In this document: positions 29,523-44,570 of the stretch, piece after piece
How the letters are laid out: each line of letters opens with the position of its first letter
How positions within the stretch are numbered: the first letter of the stretch is position 1
Position numbers and translations under genes: made by a program
Notes under the pieces: model-generated
The model's input: only the letters and a program-made list of their open reading frames with translations
What the model was told of the DNA's origin: nothing
Database searches by the model: none
Source: Eledone cirrhosa
Taxonomy: Eukaryota
Length of the DNA stretch: 64,000 bases
Direction: 5' to 3'
Assembly (NCBI GenBank): GCA_964016885.1
Contig: OZ024749.1
Coordinates: 22,444,001 to 22,508,000 of the forward strand

Positions 29523-29685
29523 GTGAGTATGGATACGTACACACATATATGTATACAGACGTACAGTAGTATGTATATATATACATACTACTGTACGTCT
29601 GTATACATATATGTATGTATGGATACATACTTATATTTAAGTATCAGCCGTACTAAGAGTGGGAAATGAAATTTCATTTCATTCT

Positions 29686-30607
<922 letters not shown>

Positions 30608-30821
30608 ATATATATATTAGATACTTACACATATTAGATTCAGGTCATTCATGATTCGTTCATTTACATTAATTGCTTTCATGTCAATGACAGAGACAAA
30701 CACACGCCGAAACAGCAGGAAAAGTAATCAAGAGGAGAAGACAAAGTTATGAAACGACTAAAGTAAAGCTTGTTTGTTGCTGACTGTAGACATGTGTATG
30801 GCAACTTTGATATTAATAATG

Positions 30822-31213
30822 GGTTTCTACATTTGGCACAAGGCCAGCAATGAACCAGTGCATTACTGGTACTTTATTTTATCGACCGAGTAAGAATGAA
30901 AGGCAAAGTTAACCTCGGCGGGATTTGAACTCAGACCATAAAGGGACGTAACTATGCTGGAAAGCATGGCGTCCACCCCACTAAAGATACTGCCAGTTTC
31001 TTTATATAGACACAAGGCCAGCAATTTTAGGGAGGAGGTGAAAGTCGTTTAAATCGAGCCCAGTGCGTGACTGGTACTTTATTTTATCGACCCCGTAAGG
31101 ATGAAAGGCAAAGTTGACCTCGGTAGGATTTGAACTCAGACCGTAACGGATCGTAACTCTATGCTGCAAAGAATGGTGTCCGACCCTCTGCCGATATTGC
31201 CAATCCACCGCCC
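30822..31213 (-). mobile_element. Two tandem tRNA-derived SINE copies
   Basis: 30822-30997 and 31008-31213 both match the SINE family. Confidence 0.85.
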
Positions 31214-31242
31214 TTACGTTGGTGTTAATAAGAACAGATATA

Positions 31243-31835
31243 GTGATGATGGTGATGGTGATGGTGATGGTGGTGGTGGTGGTGGTGGTGGTGGTGGTGG
31301 TGTTGGTAGTGGTGGTGGTGGTGATGGTGATGTTGGTGGTGGCGGTGGTGATGGTGGTGCTGGTGATGTTGATGGTGGAGGTGGTGATGGTGGTGATGGT
31401 GGCGGTGGTGGTGGTGGTGATGTTAATGGTGGCGGTGAGGGTGAAAGTGGTCGTTGTGGGGGGTGATTGTGGTGGTGGTAGTGGTGATAATGATGATGGT
31501 GATAATGGTGATGATGATGATGGTATAAGGGATGGTAATGAACATGATGGTTATGATGGTGATGACGAGGATGACGATGGTGATGGCGATGGTGATGATG
31601 GTGATGATGGTGATGACGAGGATGACGATGGTGATGGCGATGGTGATGATGGTGATGATGGTGATGACGAGGATGACGATGGTGATGGCGATGGTGATAA
31701 TGGTGATGATGGTGATGACGAGGATGATGATGGTGATGGCGATGGTGATGATGGTGATGATGGTGATGACGAGGATGATGATGGTGATGGCGATGGTGAT
31801 GATGGTGATGATGGTGATGACGAGGATGACGATGT
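31243..31835. repeat. (GGT/GAT)n field including a 51-bp minisatellite (~5 units)
   Basis: GATGACGAGGATGA recurs at 31561, 31612, 31663, 31714 and 31765. Confidence 0.9.
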
Positions 31836-32104
31836 GGTAGTTGTGATGGTGTCAGTGATGCTATTTGCGTTCTTTATAATATTGTTGTTATTGTTATTGT
31901 TGTTGTTGTTGGCGATGATGATGACGGTGGTTGTGAAGGGTTTGATGGCGGTGGGGTCAATGGTGATGCTGTCAGTGATGATGTTTGTATCGTGATTATT
32001 TAGTTAGTTTTCATCCTTTCGGGGTCGATAAAATAAAGTACCAGTAATACACTGGGGTTTGGTGGCCTTGTGCCTAACGTGGAAACAATTATTTAGTTAG
32101 TTTT

Positions 32105-33008
32105 GTAGTTGTGGTTGTTGTTGTTGTTATTGGTTGTAGTGACGGTGGTGACGGTGTTTGAATGCGTGGTAGTGGTGGTAGTGGTGGTGGTGGTAGTGGT
32201 GGTGGTGGTGGTGGTGGTGGTGGTGGTAGTGACGGTGGTGACGGTATTTGAATGCGTGGTGGTGGTGGTAGTGGTAGTAGTGGTAGTGGTGGTAGTGGTG
32301 GTGGTATTGGCGGTGGTGACGGTGTTTGAATGCGTGGTGGTGGTGGTAGTGGTGGTAGTGGTGGTAGTGGTGGTGGTAATGATGGTGGTGACGGTGTTTG
32401 ACTGCGTGGTGGTGGTGGTAGTGGTGGTGGTGGTGGTAGTGGTGGTGGTAGTGGCGGTGGTGACGGTGTTTGAATGCGTGCTGGTGGTGGTAGTGGTGGT
32501 GGTAGTGGTGGTAGTGGTGGTGGTAGTGGCGGTGGTGACGGTGTTTGAATGCGTGGTGGTGGTGGTAGTGGTGGTAGTGGTAGTGGTGGTGGTAGTGCCG
32601 GTGGTGACGGTGTTTGACTGCGTGGTGGTGGTGGTAGTGGTGGTAGTGGTGGTAGTGGTGGTGGTGGTAGTGGTGGTGGTAGTGGCGGTGGTGACGGTGT
32701 TTGAATGCGTGGTAGTGGTGGTAGTGGTGGTAGTGGTGGTAGTGGTGGTGGTAGTGACGGTGGTGACGGTGTTTGAATGCGTGGTGGTGGTGGTAGAGGT
32801 GGTAGTGGTGGTGGTGGTAGTGGTGGAGGTAGTGGCGGTGGTGACGGTGTTTGAATGCGTGATATTGATGTTGTTGTTGTTGTTGTTGCTGGTGGTGGTG
32901 GTGGTGGTGGTGGTAGTGGCGGTGGTGGTGGTGATGGTGGTGGTGGTGGTGGTAGTGGCGGTGGTGGTGGTAGTGGCGCTGGTGACGGTGTTTGAATGCG
33001 TGATATGG

Positions 33009-33058
<50 letters not shown>

Positions 33059-33169
33059 GGTGGTGGTGGTAGTGGCGGTGGTGGTGTTGGTGGTGGTGTT
33101 GGTGGTAGTGGCGGTGGTGGTGGTGGTCGTGGCGCTGGTGACAGTGTTTGATGCGTGATATGGTTGTTG

Positions 33170-33201
<32 letters not shown>

Positions 33202-33368
33202 GGTGGCGGTGGTGGTGGTGGTGGTCGTGGTGGTGGTAGTGGCGCTGGTGACGGTATTTGAATGCGTGATAGTGTCGTTGTTGTTGTTGTTGGTGGTGGT
33301 GGTGGTGGCGGTGGTGGTGGTGGTAGTGGTGGTGGTAGTGGCGCTGGTGACGGTTTTGAATGCGTGAT

Positions 33369-33428
<60 letters not shown>

Positions 33429-33489
33429 GGTGGTGGTAGTGGCGGTGGTGGTGGCGCTGGCGCTGGTGACGGTATTTGAATGCGTGATA

Positions 33490-33545
<56 letters not shown>

Positions 33546-33627
33546 GGTGGTGATGGTGGTGGTGGTGGTGGTAGTGGTGGTGGTGGTGGTGGTATTGGCG
33601 CTGGTGACGGTATTTGAATGCGTGATA

Positions 33628-33663
<36 letters not shown>

Positions 33664-34417
33664 GATGGAGGTGGTGGTGGTGGTGGTGGTGGTAGTTGTG
33701 GTGGTGACGGTGTTTGAATGCGCGATATTGTTGTTGTTGTTGGTCTTGTTGTTATTGTTGTCAATGTTGTTGTTGTTGTTGTTGTTGTTGGTCTTGTTGT
33801 TATTGTTGTCAATGTTGTTGTTGTTGTTGTTGTCAATGTTGTTGTCAATGTTGTTGTCAATGTTGTTGTCAATGTTGTTGGTCTTGTTGTTATTGTTGTT
33901 AATGTTGTTGTTGTTGTTGTTGTTGGTCTTGTTGTTGTTATTGTTGTCAATGTTGTTGGTGTTGTTGTTGTTGTTGTTGTTGTCAATGTTGTTGTTGTTG
34001 TCAATGTTGTTGTTGTTGTTGGTCTTGTTGTTATTGTTGTCAATGTTGTTGTTGTTGTTGTTGTTGCTGTTGTTGTCAATGTTGTTCTTGTTGTTGTTGG
34101 TCTTGTTGTTGTTATTGTTGTCAATGTTGTTGTTGTTGTTGTTGTTGTCAATGTTGTTGTTGTTGTTGGTCTTGTTGTTGTTGTTGTTGGTCTTGTTGTT
34201 GTTATTGTTGTTATTGTCAATGTTGTTGTTGTTGTTGTTGGTCTTGTTGTTGTTATTGTTGTCAATGTTGTTGTTGTTGTTGTTGTCAATGTTGTTGTTG
34301 TTGTTGCTGTTGTTGTCAATGTTGTTCTTGTTGTTGTTGGTCTTGTTGCTGTTATTGTTGACAATGTTGTTGTTGTTCTTGTTGTTGTTGTTGGTCTTGT
34401 TGTTGTTATTGTTGTCA

Positions 34418-34450
<33 letters not shown>

Positions 34451-34688
34451 GTCTTGTTGTTGTTGTGAATGTGTTGTTGTTGGTCTCGTTGCTGTCATTG
34501 TTGTCAATGTTGTTGGTGTTGTTGTTGTTGGTCTTGTTGTTGTTGTGAATGTGTTGTTGTTGTTGTTGTTGGTCTCGTTGCTGTCATTGTTGTCAATGTT
34601 GTTGGTGTTGTTGTTGTTGGTCTTGCTGTTGTTGTGAATGTGTTGTTGTTGTTGTTGTTGTTGGTCTCGTTGCTGTCATTGTTGTCAA

Positions 34689-34734
<46 letters not shown>

Positions 34735-34800
34735 AGTCGTGTTGCTGTTATTGTTGTGAATGTTGTTGTTTATGTTGTTGTTGTTGTTGTTGTTAGTGGT
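32105..34800. repeat. Anchored (GGT/GTT)n minisatellite
   Basis: Anchor GTGACGGTGTTTGAATGCGTG occurs more than 20 times (32148-33725), followed by (GTT)n with GTCAAT/GGTCTT anchors. Confidence 0.9.
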
Positions 34801-34916
34801 GATGATCATAATGGTTGTAGCTGTAGTGACGTTGATTGCTATGATAATGTTGGTGGAGATGGTGATGGTTGTGATAGTCGTGCTGATAATAATCATGACA
34901 ATATCTATCTATCTAT

Positions 34917-36828
34917 AAGGGGGATGACATAGTCAAATTCCGGCCCATAACTCTGCTAAACACAGAGTTACAGATTTTGGCGAAGGTATTGGCAAAGAGG
35001 TTGGCGCTTGTCGTCGAGAACCTGGTGGGAGAAGCGCAGACATGCGCAATCCCGACCAGGTCCATACATGACAACCTCCACCTCATGCGATACATCATAG
35101 AGATGGTAGGTGTAAACCCGGCTTCGGTGGGGCCCTGATCAACTTGGATCAGTCTAAGCCTTTCGATAGGGTTGACCATCGTTACCTGGATGCGGTGCTC
35201 GAGGCGGCAGGCTTCGGACTCGTGTTCAGGGGCTGGATTGCTGCAATGCACAACAGCAACATCTGCTCAAGGGTCAAGGTGAATGGCTACCTCTCGGAGC
35301 CGTTCCATATTACGCGATCCATTCGACAGGGATGCCCTCTCTCCTCCCTTCTGTACGTACTGACTCTCGAGCGACTACTCCGGAAGTTGGAGCTATTGCA
35401 AGGCATCCCTCTGGAACCGGGACTGAGGAAAGCGGCGTCGGCCTACGCCGACGACGTGACAGTAATGGTGTCGAGCGCCTTGCAAATCGAGGAAGTGGGC
35501 ACCTTACTGAAGGAATACGAAAGTTTCACAGGAGCGAAGCTGAACCGGGACAAATCCATCGGTTTGCAACTCGGATCGTGGAGAGGCAAACCGATGCCTT
35601 CCGATGGCGTCGTCGGACGCTGGACGGAAGGACCGGTAAAGCTGCTCGGGGTCTGGTTTGGTCCGGACCTCCAGGTGGAGAAGAACTGGAACGAAGTGAC
35701 GGCCAAGGTGTTTGCACTCACCCAGAAGTGGACCGAGAGCAAACTATCCTTGAAAGGTCGAGCGGAGGTGGCGAACACTTTTATAGCGTCCGCCATCTAC
35801 TACCGCTTGACCGTTGTGCCTTGTCCAGCCAAAACGCTCGCCAAAATGGAGCGCGCGCTCTTCCAATTCCTTTGGAAGAGGTGGGCTCCTTTGGTGAGAC
35901 GATCCATCTGCTGCCAACACTCTTCTAACGGAGGGCTGGGGATGCCTTGGTTGACGATGCGCAAACACGCGCTCAGGCTGCGGCATCTCTACGTATTCCT
36001 CACCGGACAACCAGTGTGGGCCCCGTTCGTGAGGCGAGCCTTCCCACGACTCGTCTCGCTGACCGAGCTGCAGTACTGGGTCAAGCAAAGACCGAGGAAA
36101 ATGGGCGACTGGCACATCGAATATGCTCAGGCGCTCACAGCCCTCTGGCAGGCGGACCCGGCGATCAGTGGAGACTCCACTTCGTCATTCTATAGAGGGT
36201 TGATCCGCAGCAAATGCGACGACGCGCTCGGTGAAACTCTAGGCGTAGAGGAAGATGAACTGGCCAGTCTGTTCGGAATGACCTTCCGCCCGGGACCGAT
36301 GGACAACTTCCAAAAGTTCCTGGCCTGGCAGTGCTACCGAATAGCTCTACCAGTTCGAGACAAGCTCTACAGACATGGGCGAAAGAGGTTGTATGGTGGA
36401 CAAGGTTGAAAGGGCTGAGGTCAGACACCTTTCTCTCCGGCCAACAACTGATTCTTTTTTTCAAATACCACTTTGGAAGAAGAATCAGGATGGAGAGAGA
36501 GGTGCTGTACCCCAGCAAGTTTTATGAAAGGTGGGTGAAAGTGACGAGAATGGCCCGAGTGAATGGGCCTTCTCTCTATATCAGCCTGTAGGTTGAGGAA
36601 AAGGAGGATGAGAGGAAAGGAGTACAAACACTTCGTACTCCTGGAGATGAGGGTTGCACATTTTGTCGGGGGTATGTGTTACCCATATAAACTGTCTCCC
36701 TCTATTGGGGAAAATCGACTAACTTTTTAAATGCACTTGTGATAACATTTTACACGTTTTTATTGTATGTAAACTTCCCCCTTTGTATTTGTCCCCTTCT
36801 TTTGTGCCCCTGTGGCTAATAAAGAAAC
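34917..36828 (+). mobile_element. 5'-truncated L1/Tx1-clade LINE (RT to 3' UTR), frameshifted
   Basis: FRPITLLN, DQSKPFDRVDH, IRQGCPLS, AYADDVT, GGLG motifs (ORF 35144..36409). Ends with AATAAAGAAAC. ATCT-type repeats flank both sides. Confidence 0.9.
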
Positions 36829-37393
36829 ATATCTATTTTACTATCTATTTATCTACCTATCTCTCTATCTATTTTACTATCTCATGTACACAATACAACA
36901 CACACACTGCTCGTTAGTAACGCCTGCATACACACATACATACACAAATAGAGAGACACTCACACACCCAGTGACACACACACACACAGCGCCTCTCACA
37001 CACACACCGACTTACACACTCAATTTGATGTTTCTATCATATACACATGCAGAACCACCCATACATTTCCACACACATCTACATGCATAACATACACGCA
37101 TACGTAAATATACATATGCATATATATACTTACAGGCAAATATTCACAAACATTCACACACACATACACACATATATATATACATATATATACACACACA
37201 AGTAAATATACATATACAGATACATACACACACATATACATATATATATGCATATACATACATATATATATGCATATACATACACACACACACACAAATA
37301 TATATGTATATAAACATATATATATATACACACATACACACACAGACACACATACACACATACACACACACACACACACACGCATGTACATAT

Positions 37394-38174
<781 letters not shown>

Positions 38175-38208
38175 TATATAGGAACAAGTATGACCCCGAC
38201 GGCAGAGC

Positions 38209-38625
38209 TCAATATATTAATAAATGGAAACTATATTTATGAAACCATAATTATTGTATTATATATATTTCAAGGGCGACCAAGCCACACTTGGTGCACT
38301 TTCATCAGATAAAATACAAAATTTGTTTTATAAATAGTGACATAACCATGTAAAACAACTATCCAGCGAATTTTCAATCGTCAAGGTTGTTTTCCATGGT
38401 TATGTCACTATTTATAAAACAAATTTTGTATTTTATCTGATGAAAGGGCACCAAGGTTGGCCTGGTTGCCCTTGAAATATATATAATACAATAATTATGG
38501 TTTCATAAATATAGTTTCCATTTATTAATATATTGAATATTTACTCCAGTAATTTGTTGAGTGCTCTATATCAGTTATAAACTTTTAAGTTTGTTGGAAT
38601 CCCAACAAATTAAATATAACTTCTA
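38209..38625 (+). mobile_element. Foldback + tail element, family B, with hammerheads
   Basis: Arms span 38209-38536. Hammerhead at 38429-38493: CTGATGA-AAGGGCA..TGCCCTT-GAAA-TATATA-TA. Confidence 0.8.
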
Positions 38626-38779
38626 CCCCCCACCCCCCACCCCCACACACACACATATATATACACCAAAACTAATCATTTCAGTCTAATTAGTTGTTTT
38701 CTTAAATTAGTCCATAAAGTTTTGAATTAATTAGGACTGTCACCAGCTAATGATATCACTTTTAACAACACCCTGGAAT

Positions 38780-39252
38780 TGATGAGGGTATTGATGATGA
38801 TGATGATGTTTATGATGGTAGTGATGATGCTGATGATGATGATAATGATGATAATGATGATGATGATGATGATGATGTTGTTGATGTTGATGATAGTGGT
38901 GATGATGCTGATGATAATAATGATGATGATGTCACGCCCTGAAATTGATGATGTCGATGATGATGTTGACGGAGACTTTGGTGATGATGATGATGGTGAT
39001 GATGTTGATAGTTTTAATGGTGATGATGATGATGGTGATGATGGTGGTGATGGTAGTGATGATGGTGATGATGTTGATAGTTTTAATGGTGATGATGATG
39101 ATGGTGATGATGGTGGTGATGGTGGTGATGAAGGTGATGGTGTTGATAGTTTTAATGGTGATGATGATGATGGTGATGATGGTGGTGATGGTGGTGATGA
39201 TGATGGGGATGGTGGTGATGATGATGGGGATGGTGGTGGTGATGGTGGTGAT
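38780..39252. repeat. (GAT/GGT)n field with a ~69-bp unit repeated 3 times
   Basis: GTTGATAGTTTTAATGGT occurs three times. Confidence 0.85.
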
Positions 39253-39387
39253 GTCCAGCTCCTGGTTGGGTTGTGGAATCATATCCTCAGAGAAATAACA
39301 ACCCAACCAGGAGCTGGACATATCGGAGTATTGACGGAGTAAAACACTTCAACAACATGTGTACCTGTCTCTACCACACCAATTCGA

Positions 39388-39442
39388 ACTGCCTGAAGAG
39401 GTCGCAGCCAATGATGGCTGTCACCGAAATATATATAGCAGT
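39388..39442 (+). ncRNA. Minimal type I hammerhead
   Basis: ACTGC-CTGAAGA-GGT..CAGCCA/TGGCTG..ACC-GAAA-TATATA-TA-GCAGT. Lies in a short element (39251-39465) with a 5' hairpin, AATAAA and a (TA)n end. Confidence 0.85.
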
Positions 39443-39462
39443 ACATCTTTAATAAACGAAGC

Positions 39463-39560
<98 letters not shown>

Positions 39561-39790
39561 GAACTGATTATACAGAGCGGTTGCCGGTCCAGCAAAAATT
39601 GAAAATTAGAATTGGTGCTCTGAAATAGAGATCGATGTATACATGAATGTATATATACTGTATTTGGTAATACACTGTAAGTGACATAGTCACTACTTTA
39701 AAACAATAGCGTAAGGTCTTCAAAATGCTTTTAATTAAGCATACAGTATATTACCAAATACACTATATATACATTCATATATACATATAA

Positions 39791-39853
<63 letters not shown>

Positions 39854-40100
39854 TGGATTAAACTGAATCATAAATCTGACAGGAGACAGAACCGTGATAC
39901 AGCATTGAGTGCTTTAACTCACGAACCGCCTGTAACTATAGTTACACACACACACACTCACACACGCATACACAGATACACACACATTCATATATATATA
40001 TTAAAACATTTATCTCTCTATTTATCTACAAATATTTATCTATAAACATAGACACATTTGTGTGTATGTATGTATGTATTTATGTATGTATGTATCTATG

Positions 40101-40709
40101 TCAGGTCACCAGTTGGTGCTACTGGTAACATGTATCCCAGTACAACCTGTCTCATGGTCGGGTCGTTGGCGACTAAACTGGCAACCCCACCAAGGTTTCT
40201 TTGTGAGGAGGGTGACTTTGGACATCTTTTAGGACTAAAAACAAAACCTGTCAAAGTGCAAAAGAGCTCTTAAGAGTCAATGGCCATCCAAAATCACCGG
40301 GAGAGATGACCCCCTAGCCTTTGTCAAGGCAAAATTCTAGGAGAAGGAAAACTCTGATATAACTCCTGCAACCCTGATGGTATGCAATGATGTTGGCTTG
40401 TTCTTCTTTTTGGTAAATAACATCTTGGTTAAGAGAGTGGGACTGGCTTTGTGCAGTGCCTTTGCTCACTATAAAAGCTTCACGACACATGCATTGCTTT
40501 ATATATGGAGATCTCTCTGCACTTGTCGTGACATGGTACCATGGGCCCAGCACTATGTGTCAATAATTGTCACAAGTGTAGTGTTTGTACCAGAGTTTTC
40601 AAGTCGCTGGCTGGACTAAAAAGTCACACTCGTTCAGCGCATTGGTAGGGGTTCTCCTACATGGATATAAAGTAGTGGCCGTACTCGAAAACGAGTTGGC
40701 AGCCACCAG
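40101..40709 (+). mobile_element. Longer copy of the non-autonomous RTE-related element in (TATG)n
   Basis: The 3' ~390 bp match 1999-2385; extra structured 5' region. Confidence 0.65.
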
Positions 40710-40834
40710 CATGTATTTATGTATGTATGTATGTATGTATTTATGTATGTATGTATTTACTTATATGTATATATGAAATGTATGTATGTATAGATGGATG
40801 GATGAATATGTGTAAGTATATTGTGTGTGTGTAT

Positions 40835-40876
<42 letters not shown>

Positions 40877-41252
40877 TTGTGTTTATTCTATATGCTTTTC
40901 CCTCATTCATTCTCTTCTATACAAAATATCTAATGATTTGCACCCATTGGACTTCTTTTCTCTTACATTCTCCGACACCATATTGTTTCCTATATATGTT
41001 GCTTCCTTCTATAATTCTAACAACAGAAGTTCTCTCCACAATAGGAAGGAGAGAGCGTTTCAACGACATTCCCGAACATTTTTACTACATCCTTCTACAT
41101 TATCATTCCTAAAATGTCTGATTTTACTTAAACACCAACCATTGAATCTATAAAACAATTCACATTAGATTCACAATGTTTAACATTAATATACACCGTA
41201 AGAAATACCTTTATATTCTGTAGGATTATTTACCTTACACTCTCACATTATG

Positions 41253-41400
41253 TACGAAGGGGCGTTGAAATGTTTCTGGCTTTGCATTAAAGAAAATACA
41301 AGAGAATCAGTTAATTATGATTTTATTCAGCATATTCCATTCTCAGATTCACACTTATTGCAGCAGTCCTTCAGTTTTTCTAAGCCATGTAAAAGGAACT
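41253..41400 (+). mobile_element. Mariner-like terminal remnant
   Basis: TACGAAGGGGCGTTGAAATGTTTCTGGCTTTG; related end at 42594-42645 (TTCGAGGGCGTGCTCTGAAAAGTTCCTGG). Confidence 0.5.
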
Positions 41401-41442
41401 CGGAAGCTAGGAGCGACAAAGCCAGGCGCCTGTCAGCACCCC

Positions 41443-41490
<48 letters not shown>

Positions 41491-41858
41491 TATTGGTGGT
41501 TTGAATGTATGTATAGTATATTTGGCAATATAGCGTATGTTTAATTAGAAACATTTAGAAGATCATTCGCTATGAGTTTCAAAGTAGTGACTATGTCACT
41601 TACTTATTTTCGGCGAAAACAAAAGGGGAATGATTGACAGTCTGTTTCTCGCTTGTTGGCGCTTGTGAAAACCACGCACTCCCCTGCCTTCGCCGAAAAT
41701 TAACAGGAGGTGGATTTTTATAGAATTCCAGTAATAATCAGGAGTTGATTATACAGAGCGATTGTAGGTCCAGCAAAAATTATGTATTAGTATTGGGGCT
41801 CTGAAATAGTAATGTTCACATGAATGTATGTATAGTATATTTGGCAATATACCGTAAG

Positions 41859-41959
<101 letters not shown>

Positions 41960-42389
41960 CATCATATGTATTTTTATATTCTTAAATTTATTCGATCTAT
42001 GCACCTGCTTTTATAAATTTTTGTAATGCTTATATTATATATTTATTTACTAATTATGATGTATGCCTTGCATTATACATAACTTCATTATAGCAGATTC
42101 TTTGCCAGATTGATAATGCTTTTAGCTGCTCATAATTGCATTTATATGCACATATTTTTCACATGCCTCATCTCTTTGATTTCTTCTCTGATATGAATGT
42201 TAATATTTATGCTTTCTTCCCATATTGTGTATCCTCAAAATGTTCTCTGACAAATTTATTTGTGTTTTAACCTTTGATTTAAACTCCGATGAAACCGGTC
42301 TTGTGGTTGGATGAAACGATCGCTAGTAATTAAATGTTCTAAACAATTGTTTGGTTATTGTTTATAAACTATATATATATACATATATG

Positions 42390-42460
<71 letters not shown>

Positions 42461-42499
42461 CACACACACACACATATATATATATATACATATAAATAA

Positions 42500-42577
<78 letters not shown>

Positions 42578-43024
42578 ATGTATACATATATATTCGAGGG
42601 CGTGCTCTGAAAAGTTCCTGGTTTTGGGTAAAAGAAAATACTGGAATAACTACGATTACAGTTCAATTAGAGGCTAAACCACAACTACAACACAACGACA
42701 ATAATAGCAGCAGCATCAGCATCAGCATCAGCATTTTCGTCGTCATCATCATTATGATCATCATCAACAAAAACAACTAACACACTGAACAGATGAAATT
42801 TGATAGTTAAACTTCGATTTACACAAATCTATGTTGTATAGTTTTCACAGCCCACATTCCACAAATCTATGTTATACATTTCACTTATCCCACATTATAT
42901 AAATCTGTTATATGCTTCACATATCGCACATTACACATTACATCATATTCAAAGCATTTTACTAGCCAGATTTAATGTTTAAAATTTACTTAATTCAATA
43001 ACCTTTGATTCAACTGTACATCAT

Positions 43025-43083
<59 letters not shown>

Positions 43084-43100
43084 CACATACACACACACAC

Positions 43101-43137
<37 letters not shown>

Positions 43138-43148
43138 ATGTATATATA

Positions 43149-43183
<35 letters not shown>

Positions 43184-43200
43184 ATATATATATATGTATA

Positions 43201-43276
<76 letters not shown>

Positions 43277-44510
43277 TGTATGTATATGTATATACATCTA
43301 TCTATCTATACACGTGTGTATAGATATATATATAATCATAAATATATATTACCCTTTCACACATAGCACTTATAGTGGTAAAGAATTTGAATATGATTTC
43401 TCAATTATATAATCAATAATTTGATTCTGTGTCTGCAGAGGCGGCTAGGGGTAGATGGCGCTGGTGGTGAAATTATTCTTTGTTCAAACGTTCAAATATA
43501 CAACAAAGAAAACAATAAGCACACACATAAACACACAAATATAAAAACAACACATAACACAAACAAAATGAATATAAAATGTGCTGACATTTATTTTCTT
43601 GTGCAATATCATAGCAAGTCAAAATGAAAAACATCACACGTTGTATTTGACATTTTGAAAACCGACACTACCACTTCCTCTACGTCACATCCGGGTGAAC
43701 GTTTGAAGCTGTCTCTTAGCTGAAAGGCTTTCGACTAATTTGATACAGTGAATCAGTTTTTCACAGTGTGAGTTTAGGTCAGGCTTTTTAGATGGAAGAG
43801 TTCAGTGAAATCAATGTTTTCCCCAGTTCAATGACTAGCTTTATTGTATGCAAACACACATACACACATACTTACACAGACATACACGCACGCACACGCA
43901 TATCAGGCACACACATAATCAGGCATATACATATACATATATACATGCAAATACTTATACACACAGCCGGTTTAATTATTGGAGTTGGAATATATCAAAA
44001 TACAGCACACACACACATGATATATATAGCTCTGGTACTACTCAATTTCTACAAGTTTTTCTATTCTCAACTTATTAACCTGTAATTGTAAGATAGCATT
44101 GTGATTTTTTTTATTCATTTCTCACTATCTAATTTTTATATATTTTTTTATTTCTTTCTATTATCTTTTATTGTCTCCTACTCTCATTCGATTTACCTAT
44201 TCTATAACCTCCCTCCTCTACTTCCAACGCTATCCTTAGAATCTGTTGTATACATATAACTTTCAACGCTTGACCGCTCCACTTACTCCCCTATTGTTCT
44301 ACAGGCCACCCCTACCTCCCACCAAATGCCATGATAGACTCATGTGTGTTTACAACAAAGTTTAACCAATCCTCTTGACAACTACAATCTTCCCATATAA
44401 GGAAGTACCCCCTTGAAAAGTTCGGCTATTTATTCACCAGGCTAAACATTCTAACTTAGTCCAGAAATAGCCGTCGAAACGGCTTGAGCTCTGCCGTCAG
44501 GGTCATACAT

Positions 44511-44566
<56 letters not shown>

Positions 44567-44570
<4 letters not shown>

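Noticed and set aside
32148-33725. CRISPR-like repeat/spacer pattern
   Set aside because: Spacers are (GGT/GTT)n microsatellite rather than unique sequence; eukaryotic context; no cas genes.
43660-43780. Possible host promoter or first exon (CTTCC, ACGTCA, GTGAGT donor); similar YY1-like motif near 25400
   Set aside because: Short motifs only; no downstream exons or coding evidence can be supported.
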